NCBI GenBank assembly: GCA_965223485.1
Contig: OZ244993.1
Span: forward strand, 74,958 to 138,957
Origin: Rhodothermales bacterium
GTDB lineage: Bacteria > Bacteroidota > Rhodothermia > Rhodothermales > VXPQ01
Length of the DNA: 64,000 nucleotides
Direction: 5' to 3'
Shown: one piece after another, positions 40,697-49,439 of the stretch
How the letters are laid out: the number at the start of each line of letters is the position of its first letter
How positions within the stretch are numbered: position 1 is the first letter of the stretch
Translations under genes and position numbers: made by a program
Notes under the pieces: generated by a model
Seen by the model: the letters and a program-made list of their open reading frames with translations, nothing else
Database searches by the model: none
Told to the model about the DNA's origin: nothing

Positions 40697-40915
40697 ATGG
40701 ATACGCACCACATATTCAACACCTTGACGGCCTCCGGATTCAGCGAAACGCAAGCGAACGCGATCGTGGAGTCGTACACGGTATCGCAAGACGACCTCGT
40801 AACGAAGGATTTTCTGCGAGCCGAGATAAACGTTTCGGAAAACCGGTTGCTGCGTTGGACTGTGGGAAGCGCCGTCGTGATAACGGCCGCCATTATCGCC
40901 GGGTATTTCGTGTAA
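40697..40915 (+). CDS. Small DUF1640/CCDC90-like protein with C-terminal TM (paralog 2)
   Basis: MDTHHIFNTLTASGFSETQANAIV...LVTKDFLRAEI...RLLRWTVG, then a hydrophobic tail. Confidence 0.75.
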   Translation: MDTHHIFNTLTASGFSETQANAIVESYTVSQDDLVTKDFLRAEINVSENRLLRWTVGSAVVITAAIIAGYFV

Positions 40916-40920
40916 CGGCT

Positions 40921-41821
40921 ACCCCACATCTCCTGTCGAATACTCCCCACGCCGTCCGGCGAGTTGACGAGACTTTGTCGTCGTTTCGGTTTGAAGAATC
41001 TCTGTTATGGCGTTAGTTTATGGGCCGAAAGCAAACGGGTGTTTCCGAACACAAGGGGATACCCTCTTTGGAGTCTGGACAAGATTTTAAGACAACGAAT
41101 GGCAGACGAGAGAATTACCGAACTCGAACGACAGATCGGCGAGTTGACAGCGGAACTCAACACCCTGCGAAAGACCAGCCCGGGGACGCCTGTCCGCAAT
41201 TACACCTTTGCGACGCTGACCGGCGATACGACGCTGCTCGACCTGTTCGGCGAAAAGGACAAGCTACTTGCGATCCACAACATGGGGCAGGGCTGCCGCT
41301 ATTGTACACTATGGGCGGACGGCTTCAACGGATTGCTTGCCCATCTGGAGTCGGCCTTGTCCGTAGTGCTCCTCTCGAAGGACCCGCCGGAAACACAGCG
41401 CCGATTCGCCAATGTCCGCGGTTGGCGGTTTCGGCTGGCCTCGCACGGCGGCGGGGACTACATTCGTGAGCAATCCGTCGTAAACGGCCAAAACAACTAC
41501 CCTGGCGCCGTGGTCTACGAACGCGACGGCGACGCCATTCTGCGCAAGAACGCGTGCGTGTTCGGCCCCGGCGACATCTATTGCGCGATGTGGAGCCTGC
41601 TCGGCCTCGCGGGGCTTGGCGAAAAGGATTGGACCCCCCAATACGCTTATTGGAGCCGCCCGGGCAAGTTGGACGACGGCGGCTTGAACGTGCTCGAATA
41701 GTGTCGCTGCGTCCCGTGCGGTTCGCCCAGGTAAACCGGGGTGTTGGGTATGAGGCGACCGGGAAGGCGGCGCTGCTTCACTCCGCCGTGTCACCCCACA
41801 TCTCCTGTTGAATACTCCCCA
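40921..41821. repeat. 29-bp direct repeat pair (40921-40949 and 41793-41821) flanking the DUF899 gene
   Basis: ACCCCACATCTCCTGT(C/T)GAATACTCCCCA, 28/29 identical; both copies encode GEYSTGDVG-stop on the minus strand. Confidence 0.9.
41099..41701 (+). CDS. DUF899 family thioredoxin-like protein
   Basis: TLLDLFGEKDKLLAIHNMGQGCRYCTLWADGFNG (CxxC), LLSKDPP, GWRFRLAS. Confidence 0.8.
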   Translation: MADERITELERQIGELTAELNTLRKTSPGTPVRNYTFATLTGDTTLLDLFGEKDKLLAIHNMGQGCRYCTLWADGFNGLLAHLESALSVVLLSKDPPETQRRFANVRGWRFRLASHGGGDYIREQSVVNGQNNYPGAVVYERDGDAILRKNACVFGPGDIYCAMWSLLGLAGLGEKDWTPQYAYWSRPGKLDDGGLNVLE

Positions 41822-43386
41822 TCCACAAGGCGCCGGACGCCGCGCTCGTTACGGTCGCGCAGTTCCGGGGGCAATGCGGACGAGGGAAAATCCTGCCAGG
41901 CCGCGGGCCGCACGAACCGTTGAATGGCGGTGTCGCCCACAGCCCCTGTGCGTATGTCGGTCGTGGCCGGATAGGGGCCGCCATGGTGCATGGCCGGGCA
42001 TACTTCCACGCCCGTCGGGAATCCGTTGAAAATGAACCGGCCCGCCTTGCGCCGCAATGCACGAACGAGGCCGTCATGCCGGGCAATATCTTCCTCATCG
42101 CCGTGGATCGCCGCGGTGAGTTGCCCTTTCAGTCTGTGGGCAACCTGCTCGAGCTCAGCAGTATCCCGGGCAACCACGACAAGGCTCGACGGCCCGAACA
42201 CTTCTTCGGACAGCATATCGTTCGCCAGGAAGGTCTGCACATCCGTGCGGAAGAGTGCTCCTCCGCCCTCCGTGCGCGCGGGATCCGCCTCCTTTTCCGA
42301 AGCCGCCACGCGCTGGACTCCTTGCGCAGCAGCCAACCGGTCGGCGCCGGCGCAGAACCGGTCGCGTATGCCCCGGTGGAGCATCGACGCCGGTTCGGCC
42401 CGGCGGATGTGCTCACCCAAGGCCCGCAGGAAGGTTTCCATCGCTTCCCCGGCGACCCCGAACACCAGTCCAGGATTCGTGCAGAACTGCCCGACCCCCA
42501 GCAGGATCGACCCCGCCAGTTTTTCGGCAAGGGCCTCTGCCCCGTTCTCCAACGCGGAAGGCAGAATGAACACCGGATTGACGCTCCCCATCTCGGCGTA
42601 CACCGGAATCGGTATGGGACGCGCCGCCGCCGCATCGAAAAGCGCGCGTCCTCCCTGGAGCGATCCGGTGAAGCCCACCGCCTGCACCAGCGGGCGCCGC
42701 ACCAGCCCGAGTCCGACCTCGTAGCCTTGTCCATGCAATAGTGAAAACACGCCGGCGGGCATCTTTCCGGCCTCGGCGGCCCGGAGGATAGCCCGGGCCA
42801 CCAGCTCGGACGTGCCGGGATGCGCCGGATGCGCCTTGCAGATTACCGGGCAACCTGCGGCCAGCGCAGAAGCGGTGTCGCCCCCCGCCACCGAATAGGC
42901 CAGCGGAAAGTTGCTGGCCCCGAATACGGCCACCGGCCCGAGGGGCACGTACATGCGGCGCAGGTCGGGTTTGGGATGAGGCGTACGATCCGGCACAGCA
43001 CGGTCGATGCGGGCGTCCACCCACGATCCTTCCCGCACGACGGCGGCAAAGAGCCGCAACTGATACACGGTGCGGCCTCGTTCTCCCCGGATCCGGCCCT
43101 CCGGAAGCCCCGTTTCCCGGTGGGCGCGTTCGACCAGTGTGTCGCCGAGACCCTCGATCTCCGCTGCAATACGCTCCAGAAAAACCGCCCGGTGGGCGGG
43201 TTCGGTGGCCGCATAGGCGTCGAAAGCGGCCTCGGCGGCTTCGGCGGCAGCGTCGATGTCGGCAGAGGAAGCCTCGCAAAACACGGGATCAAGGCCAGCA
43301 CTCTGTACCGGATCCCAGGCGCGGAAGCCTTCTGTATTCTCGCCGTTCGTCCAGCCTGCAATAAGATGTTTACCGGAAAGAGTCAT
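41791..43386 (-). CDS. NADP-dependent aldehyde dehydrogenase (2,5-dioxopentanoate/KGSA dehydrogenase-like)
   Basis: PLGPVAVFGASNFPLAYSVAGGDTASALAAGCPV, GFTGS, AEMGSVNP, GQFCTNPG, EEVFGP, GFPTGVEV, HGGPYPATT. Confidence 0.93.
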   Translation of the reverse strand: MTLSGKHLIAGWTNGENTEGFRAWDPVQSAGLDPVFCEASSADIDAAAEAAEAAFDAYAATEPAHRAVFLERIAAEIEGLGDTLVERAHRETGLPEGRIRGERGRTVYQLRLFAAVVREGSWVDARIDRAVPDRTPHPKPDLRRMYVPLGPVAVFGASNFPLAYSVAGGDTASALAAGCPVICKAHPAHPGTSELVARAILRAAEAGKMPAGVFSLLHGQGYEVGLGLVRRPLVQAVGFTGSLQGGRALFDAAAARPIPIPVYAEMGSVNPVFILPSALENGAEALAEKLAGSILLGVGQFCTNPGLVFGVAGEAMETFLRALGEHIRRAEPASMLHRGIRDRFCAGADRLAAAQGVQRVAASEKEADPARTEGGGALFRTDVQTFLANDMLSEEVFGPSSLVVVARDTAELEQVAHRLKGQLTAAIHGDEEDIARHDGLVRALRRKAGRFIFNGFPTGVEVCPAMHHGGPYPATTDIRTGAVGDTAIQRFVRPAAWQDFPSSALPPELRDRNERGVRRLVDGEYSTGDVG

Positions 43387-43519
43387 GGTGGAGGCAATTT
43401 TTCTGCGTATCTAATCAGAGGAGATGGGAAGACTACCGGCAAACGGAGGGGTCCGTAAAAGCTGGGCAATCTTATATAATGTACTATTGCGTTAGGTCAT
43501 GCCGCCCTGATCAGCGATT

Positions 43520-43572
43520 TTCGTTTGTAGAATACGTGGTCGGAGGTGCGACTGTCAAGCGCTTGGCAAGGA
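43520..43572 (-). promoter_or_regulatory. Promoter-containing repeat, copy 1 (downstream of the methyltransferase, facing the aldehyde dehydrogenase)
   Basis: Minus strand TTGACA (43558-43553), 18-nt spacer, TATTCT (43534-43529); 41/53 identical to 46769-46821. Confidence 0.7.
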
Positions 43573-43671
43573 TGTTCCTCGTTGAAATAGCGCAGGTAGT
43601 TAACGATGGACGGCATCCCGTAAACTGCGTAAGTGGTCATTCGTACACAGTTAAGCGGACACGCCCCACGA

Positions 43672-45873
43672 TTAGCGAATATCTTTGACAGCGCTTGCAT
43701 CGTAGACGCTTCGTCGGGGAACAACCCCGGCTGGAGTAATCTTCACTCGAGTTGAAGGGGTCTTCATAATTTCGTCATGTAGCGACGAAAGGCGCTCCAG
43801 GATATCCTCGTAGGCAAGAGATTGCCCCCCTGTATTGATAAGCATCTGCGCTGCTGCAATGACAAACCTGTCGCTACGCGATATCGAAATATTGAATGCT
43901 GCGAGTTTGGTCGCGAGATGCTCAGACTGATCGATCGGCGAGCAAGTGAGTTTCTTGCCCAGGGTCAACGTCTCGCGCTTCCTGCAAACGAGAATCGCGT
44001 CCAGACTGATAGGATCCTTCGTGGCCGACTTCGAACTCGATGCTCGAAATTCTGCGTGGACGGGATAAGAAGCAACAACGACAAGACCAGCGTCTTTGAT
44101 CGCCTGATAGATCGAAGCCCAGCCATCGGCCCGTGAGTGATGGAAGCTGAAAGTAAGCACTCCGTATGGTTTGAGGACACGATGACACTCGGAAAAGACA
44201 CGAGCAAGTTGTCGAGAGAAGGATTGCGGATCTCTGTGCTGTACTTCTCCCTGGTCAGAGCAATCCGGGCGATCCATCCATGGGTATCGGTCGGCAAGAA
44301 CTGGAGACAACCATGCGAAGAAAAAGTCGCTCAATTCGCTGTAGTGGACAAAATCGAAGTACGGAGGATCAGTGACTACTGCGTCGACGGACCCGTCGGG
44401 GATGGGCAGCGATGCACTGTCGCCATTGAGGACCATAACGGAATGGGGGGTTTCCTGAAGATCTGACCAATTGCTTACACACTTCGGATTGAGCGACGCG
44501 CTTGAGACAGACTTGCGCGTTCCGCAGCGTTGACCGAAAAGGTCGTGCTGAAGCTGAATCTCAAACGGAACGTCAAGGTAACGCTTTGCTCGCACGAGAC
44601 GGGATTCAAATAGCGTGCAGAACGTACCGCTACTTTTGTTAGTGCCCCAAACCGAGTTTTCAAGCGGTGTTCGTTCCGGCTTAAGGATGTGGTGTGAGAA
44701 CATATGGCGGACAGCACCGGTGCCTTCGCCTTTGTAACTGCAGAAAAGGTTATTGAACTCAAGGGTACTCGAGAACAAGCAGAGCATTTGTTCCTGTATG
44801 CACTTATCCTTGATCTCAAGGATTTTGCGTAATAGCATGCCTAGGCAAAGAAGCTGTCTGGCGTTAAAAAAATCTCTCCAATACAGATAGTTGTAGCCCC
44901 GTGCCTGGTTAGTATTATATCCGGGGCGAACTCGAAGAGTTGGAAGCGGCAGATTCTCTTCGCTGAGCCTGATCTCGGCTTCCGCATAGAGCACTTGGTC
45001 TTCCGGTCGCGCGGCAAGATAGATCTTCTCGCCATTCGGTCGCAGGGCTAACATCGCGTAGAGCCGGTGGCTCAGCGGTGTGCCATCGGTCGGCAGAAGC
45101 TCTCTGATTTTGTGCTTCAAGCCGTCCGGTGCAGTTACGTATTGTCCTTTGGCAGGACCAGCCTGCGGATTGAAATGATGTTCGCAGTACGGGCAGTCCA
45201 GAGATGTAAGATCGTATCGGCTCTCGATAACCTCCCAACAGTTTGGGCATATTACTTGTGCGCAAGGCTCTTTCTTTGGATAGGCGTTCTGCGCAAAAAC
45301 GTAACGCGAGAAAAGAGGAATGACATCACCCCGACGCGTAGTAACCGTCTTGCACCAGAAGTAGTATAGGACAGGGATCAATTCGCCGCTTTCAGGATCT
45401 CGGGTCTGATAGTAGTGCCGGATATCCGGTGCAACTTCCGCCTCGATCTTTGCGAAAGCATCACGAAGTTGTGCTTCTGGAACCTGTGTGAATGCTTGGC
45501 GCACAAGAAATGTACTTACCGGATTAATGTCACTACCTATAGCCCGCGCGCCTAGTTTGAGCGCCTCTCCAAGAGTTGTCCCGCTTCCCATGAAAGGATC
45601 AAGAACTACCTTGCCGGACAGATTGTGTCGGTCGTAAAAACGCTCCCAGATATCCGTGTTGCTCTCGGCGAGTGCACCTATAATAATGCCGCGAAAGACC
45701 GAACCCAATCGCCTTGCCCACCATTTGTGGATGTGATAGAGTGGACGGTTAATTTCCTTACGCCAGCTTTCCTGCTGGGCCAATTCGCTGATCTCGAGTA
45801 CTGGAAATCCCGTTTCCAGCGCCGTCACACGGTCGTTGTTCTTTTTCCGGGGACTTGCGCGATGCTTGCCCAT
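43672..45873 (-). CDS. DUF1156-type amino (m6A/m4C) DNA methyltransferase with Zn-ribbon insert
   Basis: HIHKWWARRLGSVFR N-terminus; motif I VLDPFMGSGTT; CPNC...CPYC; motif IV VVTDPPYFD; VLTFSFHH. Confidence 0.88.
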   Translation of the reverse strand: MGKHRASPRKKNNDRVTALETGFPVLEISELAQQESWRKEINRPLYHIHKWWARRLGSVFRGIIIGALAESNTDIWERFYDRHNLSGKVVLDPFMGSGTTLGEALKLGARAIGSDINPVSTFLVRQAFTQVPEAQLRDAFAKIEAEVAPDIRHYYQTRDPESGELIPVLYYFWCKTVTTRRGDVIPLFSRYVFAQNAYPKKEPCAQVICPNCWEVIESRYDLTSLDCPYCEHHFNPQAGPAKGQYVTAPDGLKHKIRELLPTDGTPLSHRLYAMLALRPNGEKIYLAARPEDQVLYAEAEIRLSEENLPLPTLRVRPGYNTNQARGYNYLYWRDFFNARQLLCLGMLLRKILEIKDKCIQEQMLCLFSSTLEFNNLFCSYKGEGTGAVRHMFSHHILKPERTPLENSVWGTNKSSGTFCTLFESRLVRAKRYLDVPFEIQLQHDLFGQRCGTRKSVSSASLNPKCVSNWSDLQETPHSVMVLNGDSASLPIPDGSVDAVVTDPPYFDFVHYSELSDFFFAWLSPVLADRYPWMDRPDCSDQGEVQHRDPQSFSRQLARVFSECHRVLKPYGVLTFSFHHSRADGWASIYQAIKDAGLVVVASYPVHAEFRASSSKSATKDPISLDAILVCRKRETLTLGKKLTCSPIDQSEHLATKLAAFNISISRSDRFVIAAAQMLINTGGQSLAYEDILERLSSLHDEIMKTPSTRVKITPAGVVPRRSVYDASAVKDIR

Positions 45874-45876
45874 GCC

Positions 45877-46680
45877 TCAACCCCTATTAGTATTAGGTAA
45901 CATGGACACTTCCTTGTCCACCTGATTCTCAAGCCGATAAGCGATGAAGCGGTGTTCCATGCCTGCACGCGGATTGGGCACAAGCTCGGCTGTGAGCTCA
46001 TTGGTCCGAAGATCGAATTTGTACGCCACGACGAGTTCTGCCGCTTCGGTTCGAGTAAGACCCCCCACCTTTCGAAAATTACCCGGAGCCTCCGTGTTTT
46101 CGGGAACGATAAGTGTCATAAGCCCGGTAGCACCTTCCGTAAGAGCAAAAGGCGTGGGAGCAACATACATCTTTCGATCACGGATCATGATATCACCGTA
46201 GGTGCCGAAGCCTTTCACATTCTTATTTTGGTGACTGTATTCGTGATCAGCATTGAGAAAATTTCCGTGGCAGATCACCAGATCCACGACAGGGTACTTG
46301 CGACGACCACTGCCGATATCTTCGTATGGATCGAGGTCAGCGGGGTAGCGTCCGAAAACGTAAAAAATGCTGCGACCGTTGTGAAAGCCGGTTGGCACTT
46401 GGCTGTTGGAATCATAGTTGCGTTCGCGACCAGGCCAAGCCAGCCCCTTGATTTCATAGCCCTCGGTATATTCGACGAGAGAAAAATCGGGGTAACTATT
46501 CCGACCGCCAGGCTCGAAGTGCAATTTAAGTTGCCTAAGACGAGCCTGAAACCAATTCTGGAAATGAAATTCCTTGTCTCTGGGGCTGACTGACTCGATA
46601 AGCTCGCCAGCGTTGACTGCTTGGACACACTGCTCGAAAACCGCGAAGCAAGTTGTCGATTTATTCATCGGATCTGGCAT
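45877..46680 (-). CDS. Putative type II restriction endonuclease (PD-(D/E)xK fold)
   Basis: NSYPDFSL...GYEIKG catalytic pattern; stop lies 3 bp before the methyltransferase start; AT-richer than flanks. Confidence 0.65.
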   Translation of the reverse strand: MPDPMNKSTTCFAVFEQCVQAVNAGELIESVSPRDKEFHFQNWFQARLRQLKLHFEPGGRNSYPDFSLVEYTEGYEIKGLAWPGRERNYDSNSQVPTGFHNGRSIFYVFGRYPADLDPYEDIGSGRRKYPVVDLVICHGNFLNADHEYSHQNKNVKGFGTYGDIMIRDRKMYVAPTPFALTEGATGLMTLIVPENTEAPGNFRKVGGLTRTEAAELVVAYKFDLRTNELTAELVPNPRAGMEHRFIAYRLENQVDKEVSMLPNTNRG

Positions 46681-46768
46681 TCAGTCTGGATGCAAAGAAA
46701 AGATTTTAAACCTGGACAGTGCCTTAAGTGTCCCGTTGCGGTGATTTTTTGAGATCTGGCCAGTAGTC

Positions 46769-46821
46769 TTCGTTCGCAGAATACATCGTCGGGTCTGCGT
46801 TTGTCAAGCCATTGGCGAGGA
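46769..46821 (-). promoter_or_regulatory. Promoter-containing repeat, copy 2 (upstream of the nuclease-methyltransferase operon)
   Basis: Minus strand TTGACA (46807-46802), 18-nt spacer, TATTCT (46783-46778). Confidence 0.7.
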
Positions 46822-46885
46822 GTTCTTTTTTGAAGTAGCCTATAAGTCCAAAAAAATATCCCGCCTTCCATCTTCCGTCCCCCCC

Positions 46886-48508
46886 TCACCGAACCGGCAC
46901 ATCGTACTGCTCTTTCAGGCGCGCCAGTTCTTCCCGAAGGTACGTGATCGTTTCGGTGTATGCGCGGTTGCCGTACACGTTGCGGAGTTCGTCCGGGTCG
47001 GCTTCGAGATCGAATAACTCCCACTGATCCAGCGTGTAGTAATGGATCAGTTTGTGCCGGGCGGTGCGCACCCCTTCGTGCGGGTGGACGTGATGGGGCT
47101 GCGGAAATTCGTAGTAGTGGTAGTAGACGGATTCGCGCCAGTCTTCAGGGGTTTCTCCCTTGAGAAGCGGCACGAAGCTGCGACCCTGCATCGGCGAGGA
47201 GGGCTCCACGCCGGCCATATCCAGCAGGGTCTGCGCAAGATCGAGGTTCTGTACGAGAGCCTTGTTTTCGGACCCGGGCTGCACGATGCCGGGCCAGCGC
47301 ACGATGAGCGGCGCCTTGAACGATTCCTCGTACATCCACCGCTTGTCGTACCACCCCTTCTCCCCGAGGAAGAACCCCTGGTCCGAGTTGTATACGACGA
47401 TGGTGTTTTCGGCCAGGCCGGTCTCTTCGAGGTAATCCAGCAGGCGCCCGATGTTTTCGTCCATCGAATAAACGGTGCGGAGATAATCCTTAAGGTATCG
47501 CTGGTATTTCCAGCGAATCAGGTCGCGTTCCTGCAGGCCTCCCACGCGATACCGCTCGTAGAACGTATCGTTCTTCGGGCCGTAGGCTGCCTCCCACGCA
47601 GCTCGCTGGGCCGGGGTAAAGCGGTCGATCCAATAGTATCCCTCGGCGACCTCGTCGAGATGTTCGGGGTTCAGGGGGAGTTTCAGGTCCCACCCCCAGC
47701 GCAGGTCCGTGGAAATTTCCATCTCCTGTAATACGGCAGGCGTCGAAAGGCCGGAATAATCATAGAACAGGGAGCGCGGCGCGGGGATTTCCACGTCGTC
47801 GTAGCGGTTCAGATGCGTCGGACCAGGCAGCCAGTTGCGGTGCGGAGCCTTGTGCTGGTACATCAGCATAAAAGGTTCGTCGGTATCCCGCCCGTTTTCG
47901 AGCCACTCAAGCGCCCGGTCCGTCACGATGTCGCTGACGTAGCCTTCATAGTTCGTATCCCCCTCCTGCGTTCGAAACGCCGGGTTGTAATAATCTCCCT
48001 GCCCGGGCAGCACTTCCCAGTAGTCGAACCCCCGGGGATTGCTCTTCAGATGCCACTTTCCGATAATGGCTGTCCGGTAGCCTCCCTGCTGGAGCATTTC
48101 CGGAAAAACAGGAATGGATGCTTCAAGGCTGTCATGCCGCGCATTCGTTTCTACGCCGTTCAGGTGGCTGTGCAGGCCGGACAGAATGACCGCCCGGCTG
48201 GGCGCGCAAATCGAGTTCGTCACGAAGGCGTTCCGAAACAGCATCCCCTCGTTCGCGAGGCGGTCGAGATTGGGGGTGGGATCGACGGCGGCAAGGCGGC
48301 CCCCATACGCGCCAAGCGCCTGCGTCGCATGATCGTCCGAAAAGATGAAGACGATATTGGGACGTTCGGCGGGCTGCGCCGAGACGGGCGAAACGACGAC
48401 TGTTGCGCCGGCAAACATCCACAGGCACAAAAACCGGATCGGGACGGGAATCCGGACGCATGAATGCAGGCACAGAATGGATGGACGTGTCAACGTAGGC
48501 AGTTTCAT
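46886..48508 (-). CDS. Formylglycine-dependent sulfatase (family S1)
   Basis: RPNIVFIFSDDH, CAPSRA (CxPxR), GKWHL, HKAPH, SDQGFFLGEKGW, MYEES, ELFDLEADPDE; exact start uncertain. Confidence 0.95.
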   Translation of the reverse strand: MKLPTLTRPSILCLHSCVRIPVPIRFLCLWMFAGATVVVSPVSAQPAERPNIVFIFSDDHATQALGAYGGRLAAVDPTPNLDRLANEGMLFRNAFVTNSICAPSRAVILSGLHSHLNGVETNARHDSLEASIPVFPEMLQQGGYRTAIIGKWHLKSNPRGFDYWEVLPGQGDYYNPAFRTQEGDTNYEGYVSDIVTDRALEWLENGRDTDEPFMLMYQHKAPHRNWLPGPTHLNRYDDVEIPAPRSLFYDYSGLSTPAVLQEMEISTDLRWGWDLKLPLNPEHLDEVAEGYYWIDRFTPAQRAAWEAAYGPKNDTFYERYRVGGLQERDLIRWKYQRYLKDYLRTVYSMDENIGRLLDYLEETGLAENTIVVYNSDQGFFLGEKGWYDKRWMYEESFKAPLIVRWPGIVQPGSENKALVQNLDLAQTLLDMAGVEPSSPMQGRSFVPLLKGETPEDWRESVYYHYYEFPQPHHVHPHEGVRTARHKLIHYYTLDQWELFDLEADPDELRNVYGNRAYTETITYLREELARLKEQYDVPVR

Positions 48509-48695
48509 TGTACTGAACGGGATGTCCGATACTATGTAAGAATCTCTCCGGGCGAGGCGAACGCCGAAGGGCGCCGCCGCCGGATCATAGCGGGCCGGTC
48601 GTTACGGAGTTACGCGCGGGGCCGCGTGTGGGGTTGCGTGTTTCTGGTCGGGTTACGTGTGGGACTATTCGTGGATTCACGCACTCCTCGTCGGG

Positions 48696-48986
48696 TCATG
48701 ACGCAGAAGTCGTTTCCGGCTCCGAAAACGCGAACGCCCGTGCTGGATTGTTTGTCAGGAAGTCGTCGACCGCCGTATCGCTTACGCCGATTTCCCGCAA
48801 ACGCGGGGCGAATCCTTTCAGAATGTAGGCAAATCCGGGGCCTTCGGCATGGCCCCAGGCGGGCCAGTAGGAACGGCGGGCCAAATCGCCTCCAAGAAGA
48901 ATCTGGCGGCCATACCCGGCGTCGACAAGGTGGGCAATGGCCTCGGCCCGTTTCTCGGCTACTATTTGCTTGCTGTGAATACGCAC
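48696..48986 (-). pseudogene. C-terminal remnant of a phosphotriesterase-family protein
   Basis: AHLVDAGYGRQILLGGDLARRSYW...GFAYIL..FAPRLREIGV....DDFLTNNPARAF matches the last third of a PTE barrel; no N-terminal metal-binding part upstream. Confidence 0.75.
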
Positions 48987-49129
48987 AGGATATCCCGGGA
49001 AGCGGATCGAAAGGAAAGGTTGTGCGGGATACGACGGTCAGATAATCGGTCTACGCGCTCATTGCGCGTCAATGGCTCCGTCGGTAGATTGGGACGATCC
49101 GCTTCATACCCAACCAGGCAACGCCAACC

Positions 49130-49396
49130 ATGGAAGATCTACTCACCGGCGCCGCTGGACTTACGGTTGTTTTCTTCATCTTTCTTGTTTTTCTGGCCAT
49201 ACTCTGGACCCTTCTTCCGTTTGCGATCTTTGGTATCAAGAAACGGCTGGACAAACAAGTCAAGACCGGATAAATCCGGATCGCGCAAATAAAGATCGGA
49301 AATAAACTGGTTTCATACCAGAAAGCCCTGTACGAATACATAAAGAATGCCGGAGATAACCAAGCGCCGGCGCCCCCTTTCGAAGAACCGGAATAG
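49130..49396 (+). pseudogene. Small membrane protein interrupted by an in-frame TAA (47 aa, or 88 codons if intact); not in the ORF track
   Basis: MEDLLTGAAGLTVVFFIFLVFLAILWTLLPFAIFGIKKRLDKQVKTG, TAA at 49271-49273, then in-frame IRIAQIKIGNKLVSYQKALYEYIKNAGDNQAPAPPFEEPE-TAG. Confidence 0.55.
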
Positions 49397-49439
49397 GGAA
49401 GACCGCCCCGGCTTTACTCTGTAAATCCTTCAACCTGCC

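Noticed and set aside
43469-43656. Integron attI/attC or dif-like site (ATCTTATATAA-TGTACTA-TTGCGTTAGGT; GTTAGGT and GTTAAGC cores)
   Set aside because: GTTRRRY cores are present, but the intervening sequence does not fold into an attC-type hairpin, the spacer is 7 rather than 6 bp for dif, and no tyrosine recombinase is in the window.
46859-46877. Possible attR copy of the tmRNA 3' end (CCCGCCTTCCATCTTCC)
   Set aside because: Only short gapped similarity to CCCGCCATCTCC, which is expected by chance in GC-rich DNA.
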